Assembly (NCBI GenBank): GCA_964016885.1
Contig: OZ024743.1
Location: 293,136,001-293,200,000, forward strand
From: Eledone cirrhosa
Lineage: Eukaryota
Length of the DNA stretch: 64,000 nt
Reading direction: 5' to 3'
The notes below the pieces were generated by a model. The model was not told where the DNA came from, did not search any database, and saw only the letters and a list, made by a program, of their open reading frames with translations. The translations under genes were made by a program, and so were the position numbers. Shown here one piece after another: positions 53,877 through 64,000 of this stretch (position 1 is its first letter; every line of letters begins with the position of its first letter).

Positions 53877-54325
53877 GTAATTTCGGCTTATATGGAGACA
53901 AGATACCATATATTGGGAAAGTTGAGCTCATATAGCGGTAAGATTACATACAATATTTCTACATAAGTATTTGAACTGTAAATATATTGTCACACATATA
54001 TGAACGGTACATAGATTTTAACATATAAACGTTACATAGAATTTAACATATAAATACAGCGTTGTTATATTACATTCATCAAGAAGTAACTAAGTAACGT
54101 TACAAATCCATTCACACCCCCTCCAAAAAATAATAATAATAATAACACAAAAACAAAAAGAAAATGCTGAATATAAACGTTTAAAATACAGCTGTAGAAT
54201 TAAAAACTAGCTGAAAGGAAATATTACCTAAGCTGTGAACAACTATAAATTTAATTATGACAAAACTTTGTCGAAATTTTTAAAGATCATCGTGTATTTT
54301 GAAAAATAAATGCTAAATATTAGTG
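53877..54325 (+). mobile_element. 5' leader of a second R4 family A copy
   Basis: Collinear with 30728-31106. Confidence 0.85.
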
Positions 54326-55793
54326 CAGTGGTTCCCAACCTTTTTTATGCCCCACAGCCCTAAAAATGTTTGATATGTTCTCGCACCCCTGAAAGTAATA
54401 ATTTATATAAGAATAAAGGTGACCGAAACAAATTTGTATAATCAATTTTTAATGATATATAAAACAAAAATAAAACATATGGAAAAGAAAAAATATTACA
54501 ACAAACTAAAAGTTGCATAGCCCTACAAAAAAATTAAATTTTCATCCATGCATGAAATTTCTTTTAAAAAATTAAAGAATTAATGTTCAAATATTCATAA
54601 GCCAATTTAAATTTAATGACTCTTTTGTTCCTGTTTTTGCTTAAGAGCTTTTCAAAACGTGGCACTTTGTTACTGATAGCAATCCGCATGTGCAGCCAAG
54701 CGATTTCTAGATTTTGTCTTCTTTGACAAAAGGGCACTAAATCCAGACTCACATAAGTATGTCGTCGCAAGCACATTTAGTGCTTTTTCACAAAGTCTTG
54801 GAAATATGTCCATTGCCGTACAACAATATTTTTCCAAAGTTTTGGTTTCAAACTGCATTTCAAGAACACGATTTGTGCGCAGTTCAATAAAGATCTTCCT
54901 TCAGCTGTTCATCATCCGACATATTATCCAAATTGAAGGTGTATGGATTTATAATCCATTCTACAGAAGTTTCCAGTTCTCCTCCTCCAAAATATCCATC
55001 AAATGATTTTGATAGTATTCCCAAATGATCCATAATTTCTTCACACACACTTGGAATTAGGGAGTCATCGTCATTTCTTCGAGTGATGGAAAATTTGAAA
55101 GATTCCCTTTTTTAAACTCGTTAACAGCAAAGATGTAACTTTTCTTTGAAAGCATTTAACTTTTCGCAGCATTTCAATATGTTTATGTGTTTCCCTTGAA
55201 TAGATACACCCAGGTCATTCATACGAGTGAAAATATCACTTACATAAGCTAGATTTAGTTGAATTCTTGTGATTCCATTTATTTGGGCAGATCATAGTCA
55301 CGTTCCTTCAGAAAAGCTTTGACTTCTCGCAGTTCGAAAAAGCGCGTTAAAGCTCTCCCGCGTTACAGCCAGCGGACTTCCGTGTGGAAAAGCAAAACTG
55401 AATGCTCTCTTCCAAAATCTTCACAAAGCGACTTAAAGAGGCGATGGTTCAGAGCACGATCCCTAATCCAGTTGATGGTCTTCACAGGAGTGTCAAAAAC
55501 CTTATTTAACTTTGAGGGCTATGTTTTTGATGCCAAAGTATGTCTATGAAAAAAATTTATTTCCCAGCATACCAGGGGCACCATCGGTACACACAGAACC
55601 AATAATTTGGATATCTAAGTCATTTTTCGCAAAAAAGTCCTTCACGCACTGTTTGTTTTCAGATCTTCACAGAACATTAAACCTTCCATTATGACACCAT
55701 CATGGACATACCCCGCTAATGCGATGAGTTGACTGCAATTTGCAACATCAGTTGTATCGTTCAACTGGAGAGAGATTTTCAAGAGACTAGCCC
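54326..55793 (-). mobile_element. hAT (Charlie/Buster-like) transposon remnant with one TIR, inserted in the R4 leader
   Basis: TIR CAGTGGTTCCCAACCTTTTT; minus-strand SLQLNDTTDV, SVCTDGAPGMLG, LLFHTEVRWL, ATTYLCESGFS. Confidence 0.88.
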
Positions 55794-55794
55794 C

Positions 55795-57655
55795 GAATGG
55801 TCAGCTAAATCTAGCAATAAACAGCTCACCAACAACGTAGCTGAAATCCATAATTCTACTGGACAAACAGAACGCAAAAAACTTGTGGGCACATTACAAT
55901 TGATACGGGATGATATGTTTCAAGAGATACACAGCCTTAATGTGAGTAACAGACAATACAACACCAGAATCAGTAAACAACCCACTAAATTAGATTGGAA
56001 GCAGTAAACGAAATAGCTGACAATTATCTGAAGGCCACACGATCCAAACACGTGGAAACGACATAAGAAATGCTTGGTATTTTGTTATATGTTTCAGCTA
56101 TCACATTGCTATCCTATCATAAACAACTATAACCCCGCAACCAAGATACAAACAAAAAGCCTAAACCAACGAGGATGCGTAATTTAAAAACAAAATGTTG
56201 TCCCTGAGACGAAGTATCGCACAGATCTCTGAAATTATAAAATGCAACATAGAGAGCAACTTCACACGACATCAAGAGGACGTAAGAAAAAACTAGAGAG
56301 GAGATTTGGAGATACGAGGTATACAACTCTAAACTCCAAACTACAGTTGAAACATCAACTCACAACTACAGCAGAAAAACTAAAATATAAGTCAACAGCA
56401 CATAAATGGCAAGTGATAAATAGATTATTTGCCAGAGATCCCAAATCAGTTTATTGCAGCTTCAATGGGAAAAGCTCAATCTCTGTAAATGACACCCCTA
56501 CAAAAGAACAGGTTGAGAGTTACTGGAGATCTGTATGGGAAACAAATGACGGATTTAGCAAACAAACTAAATGGCTAAAACAACTGGAACAGGAATACTG
56601 CCAGCATGTCCAGAGAAAACAATATGACATAGATGGGTCAATACTGGAAACAGCTCTGCAGAAAATGTCGAATAGGAAATCACCAGGCACAGACCTCATA
56701 ACAGGATACTGGTTGAAGAATTTCCCCTTCTATCGGCAAGATCTCATACGGTTGTTCAGAGAAACCATCAAAGGCACACAAGAACTGCCCCAATGGTTAT
56801 AAAATGCCACTACTTTCCTCGTCCCCCAAAATAGCCAGACCATCCTTGCTAAAAATTACCCCCCAATAGCCTGCCAAAACATCATGTATAAATTATACAC
56901 TGGGTGCCTAAATCTGTTCTTACAGAACCGTTGTGTCACCAACAAAATTATAACACCTGAGCAAGCTGGTGGAAAGAAGTGGGTGTGGGATGCATAGATC
57001 ACCTACTAACAAATAAAATAATACAGGAAAAAACAGCAAAGAATCGCAGTAACATGATTGTGGTGTGGCTTGACTATCAGAAAGCTTTTGATAGTGTTCC
57101 TCATGGGTGGATTATTAAGGCTTTACAGTTAGCCAAAGTCCCGCAACCACTAGTAACTGCTTATTGAACGCCTGACAAGAACTGGTACACCAATTCGATC
57201 CTTAGGGATGCGAAGGACCAAATTAAGACTGATACAATACACTACCAGAAAGGCATCTTTCAGGGTGATAGCTTATCAGTGCTACTCTTCGTCCTCCCAC
57301 TAAACCCACTATCATACCTGCTCACAAAAGAAAGTGGCCATGGAAGCAGGTCCAGAAGTATCTCCAATCGTTTCTTTGTTGATGACCTGAAGTTATATGG
57401 TCCAAATATCAACTATATTAAAAAACATTTGGACCTCATTACACAATTTTCTGCAGACATCAGAATGAGATTTGGTGATTCCAAATGTGAATATTTGACA
57501 GTAAAACGTGGAAGGGTTGTAACCTCCTCTGGAAATCTAGAACTGAACGGCTTGACAATACCTCTACAGTCAGGTGAGTACAGATATCTTGGACAGGATG
57601 AGAATGTCAGATATGATGGACCCATAAATAAGGAGAGGACCAGAACTGAATACCC
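55795..57655 (+). pseudogene. Decayed, 3'-truncated second copy of the R4 family A ORF
   Basis: Collinear with 31430-33385 ([35 protein letters not shown]) with many stops and frameshifts. Confidence 0.92.
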
Positions 57656-57922
57656 CAGTATATACGGACCATGTCACCGGTTTTAGCAAACCTCCCTTCC
57701 TCCCTTTAAACTCAGAGACCCTAAAAAGGATCACGGACATTGCCCTTCCCTCCCTGTCTAGACAGTAAAATCTCACAAATATAGAAATTGATATACACGC
57801 TCGCATGTCCATATTAAAATAGCCAACGAGTATATACAAAAATCTATATACACACATAAGAATATATAATACGCAAATACAATTGTGTATTCGTGTGAGA
57901 GCGAAAGCATTAGAGTGTGACG

Positions 57923-57924
<2 letters not shown>

Positions 57925-58003
<79 letters not shown>
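57925..58003. repeat. (GA)n microsatellite
   Basis: Direct reading. Confidence 0.98.
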
Positions 58004-58007
<4 letters not shown>

Positions 58008-58638
58008 GAGAAAGACTGAAAAATTATGTTCATAATTCACTATTTTAGAACACAAAATGACAGTTCTATTTTGCCATTTGTTTCTATTTTAGAATTACTT
58101 TTTTATCAGTTTCACTTCCAATAGAACTTTCAGTCTTTTCCCAACTCTTTTCTGGAATCCACCATTTAACTAAACGGCTCTCGGAAACAAGATTTTTTTT
58201 ATTCGTGAATTATTTTTGGATAAATTTAGATTTCTATAATAATTTTTTTGAATATTCCTAGAGCAATAGTAACATTGTTTCAAAACCTAGAAATTTACAG
58301 ATATTTAGACTTTCTCCATATCCTTTCTTGATCTTCTCCGTTTAAAGAGTCACTATCAGCTAAGACTATTAAGCTTTTCGACACCTCCAACACACAACAT
58401 TCCGGAAAAAATATATATATATAAACACATGCAGAAACATAAACATAACTTGGCGGGATCTTTAGAGCGCCGAAGCAATGCCTTACGGCATTTGTTTTCA
58501 CTCGCTACCCTCTGATTCCACATCTCACAGAGTTCGACTATGAATTCCTCCTTTTCCTGGTCGATAAATACATTACCAGTCCAGAGTAATGCAATGTGAT
58601 TGATGGCAGATGCATCGGTCCTTGCTTTTCCTTTAGAT

Positions 58639-60028
58639 CAGGGGTCGGCAACCTTTTGGAGAGAGAGGGCCAAACAGCTATGCAGTGTCATGGAGGAGGG
58701 CCATGTTATTAAATATGTAAATACATTTTCTGGAAGTTTAAAGCAAAACAAGGAATTTAATATAATTTTATTTTAATAAGGAATACTGCAGGAATAACAA
58801 AAAAAAAAGAAAGAAAAAAAACTACAAACAAAAAAAAAAGCAAATTTCTCATTTTACTGCAGGAATAACAGAAAAACAACTACTCTCACAATCAACAAAA
58901 AAAAAAGCAAATTCCTTGCTACAAACGAAATACAGTTAGAAATGGTAAATGATTTAATGAGACACTTGTTTCTGCTTATTGTGTGATAACTTCTCCACAT
59001 CAGGTGAAATATTTGTCGATGACAAAACATCATCCAGGTGGTCGTCACGCAACCTTGTTCTTAAATGACTTTTAGTATATTTCATTTTGGAAAAAAGTTG
59101 TTCACAAGTATATGTACTTCCAAATAATGATATCATCAGTTTCGCATTAGTCAAGATGTTTTTATATTTTCCGCTTGGCAATATATATTTCTTGTAGAAG
59201 TCAGCAGTGGATTCGAACTGAAATTTCGATTTCAAAGATTCGTTGCACTGTAAGTGAATTAACTCCAACTGATATTCTTCTGCCACTTGCTCCACATCTG
59301 TTTCGTAAGGAGTACCAAATAACTTAAATAGAATTCCATATTGCCGGAAGTCAGCAAAACGAGAGGAAAACTCGCTTCTCAAATCCTTAATAGAGCTCAC
59401 AAAGATGTCTGGTATTATATCTCTGTTGTGATTTTGGAGACTTGGTAAATGAAAGTAGTTTCCTTTTTGAAGTTGTGATTCCCACAGTCGAGGTTTTCTC
59501 TCAAAAGCAGTAATTTGACCAAACATCTCAAATACAACCTTGTTCTTTCCTTGAAGGTAAGGTCAGGCAAACAAAGACGACAATAATTCACGAGTGATGT
59601 TATTGAATGACAATATGAGTTTAAAAGCGAGTCATGCGAACCGTAAGGTAGTATACCTTCCAGTCGCTGACGAAAATGCATACTTCCAGCCAACCTTTGT
59701 GTATGTTGGCTGGAACAAAAAAACATACATGAAATCACAGGAAATAATAATACAGGTGATATAATGCTTGGCGGAAAGCCCAGAAAAAGATGGATAAGAG
59801 GAAATAATAATAAATGGAAAATATAATAAGGTTACAAAGGTATCTGTAGATATATACGGTATGAGCAGCGATTTGTGATGGGCATCAGGTCGGCACAACC
59901 TTGAAGTGAACTATTGTATCTGTATTCGATACTAATTAGATAATTAGTGTCCAGTGTAAGATGGAGGGCCAGGCAAAAATCACTCGAGGGCCGGATGTGG
60001 CCCGCGAGCCGGTTGTTGCCGACTCCTG
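58639..60028 (-). mobile_element. Internally deleted hAT transposon (SPIN/GTF2IRD2-like) with both TIRs and an 8-bp TSD
   Basis: CAGGGGTCGGCAAC...GTTGCCGACTCCTG; TSD CTTTAGAT at 58631-58638 and 60029-60036. Confidence 0.93.
58954..59526 (-). pseudogene. hAT transposase C-terminal 190 aa (dimerisation domain)
   Basis: EFSSRFADF, QLELIHLQC, SLFGSTYTCEQLFSKMKYTKSHLRTRL.DDHL, KQKQVSH. Confidence 0.88.
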
Positions 60029-60779
60029 CTTTAGATATTATCGGTGGCCTGTAGAGGTGAAACTTTCAAGCACTGCGTTTTCTGAACCACGCCAATGCAG
60101 AGACACATAACTCTTTATGGTAGAGGCATGCACTCGTCTCACATTTACAACAATTTCATTTCTATATACTTTTTTTTTTTTTTTTTGTAATCTAATATCC
60201 TATAACACTTATGCAACTTTATTCAGTGTGGCGTCGATCGACAAAAGTTGAAAATCACTTGTGTGTGCGTGTGCGCGCGCGCGTGCGTGTGCACCAGACT
60301 GTAGTGTGATTAAACATTTCTTTCACAAACATGTTTCTCGGTGCGACAGCTCTGCGCGGCACCTCAGGCAAAGGTTTACTACCACAACCATTGGTTGACG
60401 AATCCTTTATTAGTAGGCTTTCCCTGTATATCGGCAAAAGATGTAAACATCAGAGGACACAAGTCTTCTTTCAACGATGTTCCCAAGTTTCAGTCGCTCT
60501 CTTACCTTGTCATTCCTGAACATCGACGCTATTGTTCACAATTTGCGTTATAAGACAAGCTCAGTTAACGTACGTATGCATGTATATGTGTATGCTGAGA
60601 ATTTTCAGAAACCATAAACATAAGCAGACACAGACATGCACTTTTCTACTACACATTAGTCATACAGGCACACACAGGCATACAGTTATATTCGTATATA
60701 ATACCTTTAAACCCACAAAGTACACACATACACACATAGTCAAACTCTTCAGCGGCCACTCAACGTACGCTTAAGCAAG

Positions 60780-62260
60780 ACGAAAAGACCAGCGGAGAGA
60801 GAGGGGGAAGGCGTGAGATTGAGAGAGAAGGCAGTGATAGAGAGAGGGAGAGGGAGGGGGGGGAGTCCTTATAGCTTTTTAACACCCGCTGTGATACAGG
60901 TACGCACACACACGGACACAGATGCACAATACAATTAATACAATATCATAAAGAGAGGGAGAGAAAGAAAGAGAGCAAAAGCGAGAGTGTGTGTGTGTAA
61001 GAAAGCGTATGTGAGAGAGAGAGAGAAACAAAAAGAGAGAATGAGTGGGAAAAAGAGTCTTATATAGATTGTACATACACAGGGACACACACAGGCGTGC
61101 ATGCTAATGTACAAACTAATACACACGCGTGCGCGCAAACAGACACACACACATAGTTAGGGAAAGTGTGATACAAATGAAGGAAAGTGAAAATGTGAGA
61201 AGACTGTGGCGAAGTAGAGGGACGAGGCAAGAAATGAAAAATTAAGAGTCGAAAACGAGAAAGGGTAAGCTTGTGAGACAGGAGAGAAAGTAAAGGGAAA
61301 AGGTGGAAAAGAAAGAAAGAGAAAGAGTGAGAAAGTATAGAAAGAGGTGGTATAAAAAAAAGTGAAGGGAATGGTGGAAAAGAAAGAAAGAGAAAGAGTG
61401 AGAAAGTAAAGGAAAAGTGAAAAGAAAGCAATAATGAAAAAAAATGAGTGAGGCGGTGAGGTATGAGAGAAAGTATAAGAAAATGCGTTTAAAGTATGAG
61501 AAAGTAAGCTGTAGAGCAGGAGAAAAAGAGGGAGTAGCTAGGTAGGAGTAATAGTGTAAGGAATAAAGGCGTAAAGAAAAAGAAGAGAGAAGAAAGTATA
61601 GGAGAAGAAATAGAGGGGTTGCGAAGAAAAGAAGAGGAAGTATAAGAAGTAAAGACAGATAGAGAGAGAAAGAGAGGGGTATTTAAAGGAGAAAAGTAAA
61701 GCAAAAAATAAGTAAAGACAAAGAGAAAGCAAAGGAAACAGAGCGAAACAAGAAAAGAAATGAGTAAGGTGAGGAAATGAGTTGGAGTAAGAGGAGAAAA
61801 AGAGAAATACAAAGAAATTCAAGAGAAAGAAGAGAAAGGAAAGTGGTGGAGAAAGAAAGAACTAGGCTGTATAACCTAAACTAAGAGTGACAAGAGAGAT
61901 ATATACAGGGTCTATGTGTGAGTTGGAGAATGAGGAATAGAATAATAAGAGAGGGGTATAAATATAAGATAGAGTAAAAAGAATATTGAGTGAAAAAAGT
62001 AACTACAACAGAGTGAGAGTGAGAAAGTGAGAGGGGAAAAGAGAGACAGAGAGCAAAAATAAAGCAAGGCAAAGAACGAAACGAGAGGTGGGGCGAAATA
62101 CTGCGGTGTATTGGAGTAAGTAGAACACGCAGTGAGGTAGATAGGCAAATGTAACAACTAGAGGGATAGTGTGAGTGAGACAGCTCCAAAGAGAGAGGAA
62201 CCGGGAGAAAGAAAGCAAAGCAAAGTAAGAGGGTGTAAACGAACTGACAGTCAGTCAAAC
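60780..62260. repeat. Purine-rich (GA/GAA) low-complexity tract
   Basis: Direct reading. Confidence 0.8.
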
Positions 62261-64000
62261 AGAAAGACAGACAGCCAGGCGCTGGCTGACATGGCTCCAC
62301 ATTTTTACGCACAGAGAGAATGAGGGAGGTACACAACACACACATACATACATAAAAGTAAGTAAATATCTCAATGCATACAGACATACACTTGTTACTA
62401 CCACAGTTACACTTATACACATGCAATGTAATTCCTTATCCCCTCTATTTCTTTCTCTCTCTCTCAGTCCCTCCCCGCCTTCGTCTAACCACATTTCTCG
62501 GCAATGAACAAACATAAGCGGAAGGTGTTTCGATCTAAGCACTGTGCTCTAAGTTTCACTATGGACACTACAAGTACAATTACAACACCAGCAGCACAAC
62601 CACCGCCACTATCACTACTACCACCACCATCTACAACTACAACAACAGACGGTCAAAAGTGGATTACACTCCAGTCATGGTTTCTCCGGCACTAGAAGAA
62701 GAAGAGGACGAAACTCTCTGAACAACAATAACAATATTAACAAGCAACACATACAACATATACGTACACGTTACATTTATAAGCAATATAAACAAAACAT
62801 ATCTCAGATGTATAATAATATATACTAGATATATATATATATATCTTCTATCTATGTATAGATAGATATTGTGCTTTCTATATACTGTTTTTTAGCATCC
62901 CCTTTTATCTTTTTCTACTTTAATTCATTATTTTTCTAGTGCTGTTATTTTCATTGTAGGTATATATATAGTTAAGGTTATAATATATATATATATATAT
63001 ACACAATATATTATTTTATATATATTATTTTATTTTAGTCTATCGTTTAGTTTCGTATACATACATATCTATCAATCAATTGAGTTTATATTTGTATATC
63101 CATTGGGTTAGTATCTAACTAGCATCTTGGTATCATATCTTTAATCCCTATCTATCATCAGTTATAAACTCTTCGTTTTCCATAGAAGAGTATCGTTGAA
63201 AAGAGACAGAGAAAAAGAACTGTTGTTGATGTTTAACTGTTTATTTTCCAGAGAATCTGATTTGTTTGTGTCTGTGTGTGTTAGTGTGTGTGTCTGTGTA
63301 TCGTAGTGATTTTTTTTCTAGTGGTAGATAGATAGATATAGATAGAGGAAGATACACCTATCCCCCCCCCCTCCATCCTCCTCGACTTCAAATAACATAC
63401 ATGTATATCTGTATATCAACATATCAACCAGTACATGTGGATATGTATATAGACCATATATACCTACTTGACAAACTTTAACTATGTAAAAACAACAAAC
63501 TAACAACAACAACAAAAAACGACTGTTAAACAAACTAATGAGCTATTAAAAAGAACAACAACAAACACCTCCAAACACTCCACTGAAACAATAACAACAA
63601 ATTGTTGCATCCGCTTAACCTAAACAAAATTTCACTAAATAAATAAAAAACAACACACCGCATTACATTACAAAAAGTTAATTATATATATATTTGTGTG
63701 AGTTTTAAGTATGTATATATGTAAATAATATAAATATAACATTCGATATATATATATATATTTAAAACTCACTCATATGTAACATATATATATTTATACA
63801 AAAGTTAGTTCAAATAATATAATCTTTTTTTTAAGAGAGAATTCTCACATACTAATAGTTATTAACGAAGAAAAAAACGAAATTTGAAAGGGGAAACTAG
63901 CAAAAGGTCCACCATATACAAAATCAAAAGCAGGAAGGAAATAAAAAAAAATCCTCTTATTTAACCACTAATAATGATAACAACAATTCTCGGAAATATT

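Larger units (their letters stand above)
48611..53877 (-). mobile_element. Tx1-clade LINE, copy 2, 5'-truncated, tandem with copy 1
   Basis: 3' UTR and ORF2 near-identical to copy 1; separated from it by (AAT)8 at 48587-48610. Confidence 0.93.

Noticed and set aside
62255-62720. Possible 5' exon or promoter of a host gene
   Set aside because: Low-complexity trinucleotide sequence with no identifiable product or convincing splice signals
63050-63162. Minus-strand CTGATGA...GAAAC
   Set aside because: No stem II or stem III pairing; likely chance

Overview
Eukaryotic, AT-rich, microsatellite-dense, essentially gene-free DNA. The SINE families and repeat style suggest an octopod cephalopod (inference). 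The window is a mosaic of transposable elements sorted by microsatellite target. (1) From 0 to 30 kb, many unrelated short elements sit in or beside (TA)n tracts. They carry hammerhead-ribozyme (HHR) motifs, AATAAA and fold-back palindromes, the signature of Penelope-like element (PLE) pseudo-LTRs. They include a 540-nt tandem unit with a near-complete type I HHR (23.2-24.1 kb) and a ~600-bp palindrome with an HHR on each arm (29.4-30.0 kb). (2) From 30.7 to 57.7 kb is a stack of non-LTR retrotransposons: two copies of an R4-clade RLE element, a Dong-like R4 element plus a 3' stub in (TAA)n, and two tandem Tx1-clade elements in (ATT)n. One Tx1 copy is full length with both ORFs open. The two Tx1 copies have near-identical ORF2 but highly divergent ORF1. 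(3) Many tRNA-derived SINEs have a 3' tail (CCTTGTG-N8-AGAAA-NN-ATTATT) that matches the Tx1 3' end, pointing to a Tx1/SINE partnership. Also present: two hAT transposon derivatives, a Helitron 3' end, and CR1, CRE and RTE fragments. All calls were made by eye; no database searches were run, and ribozyme activity is predicted only.
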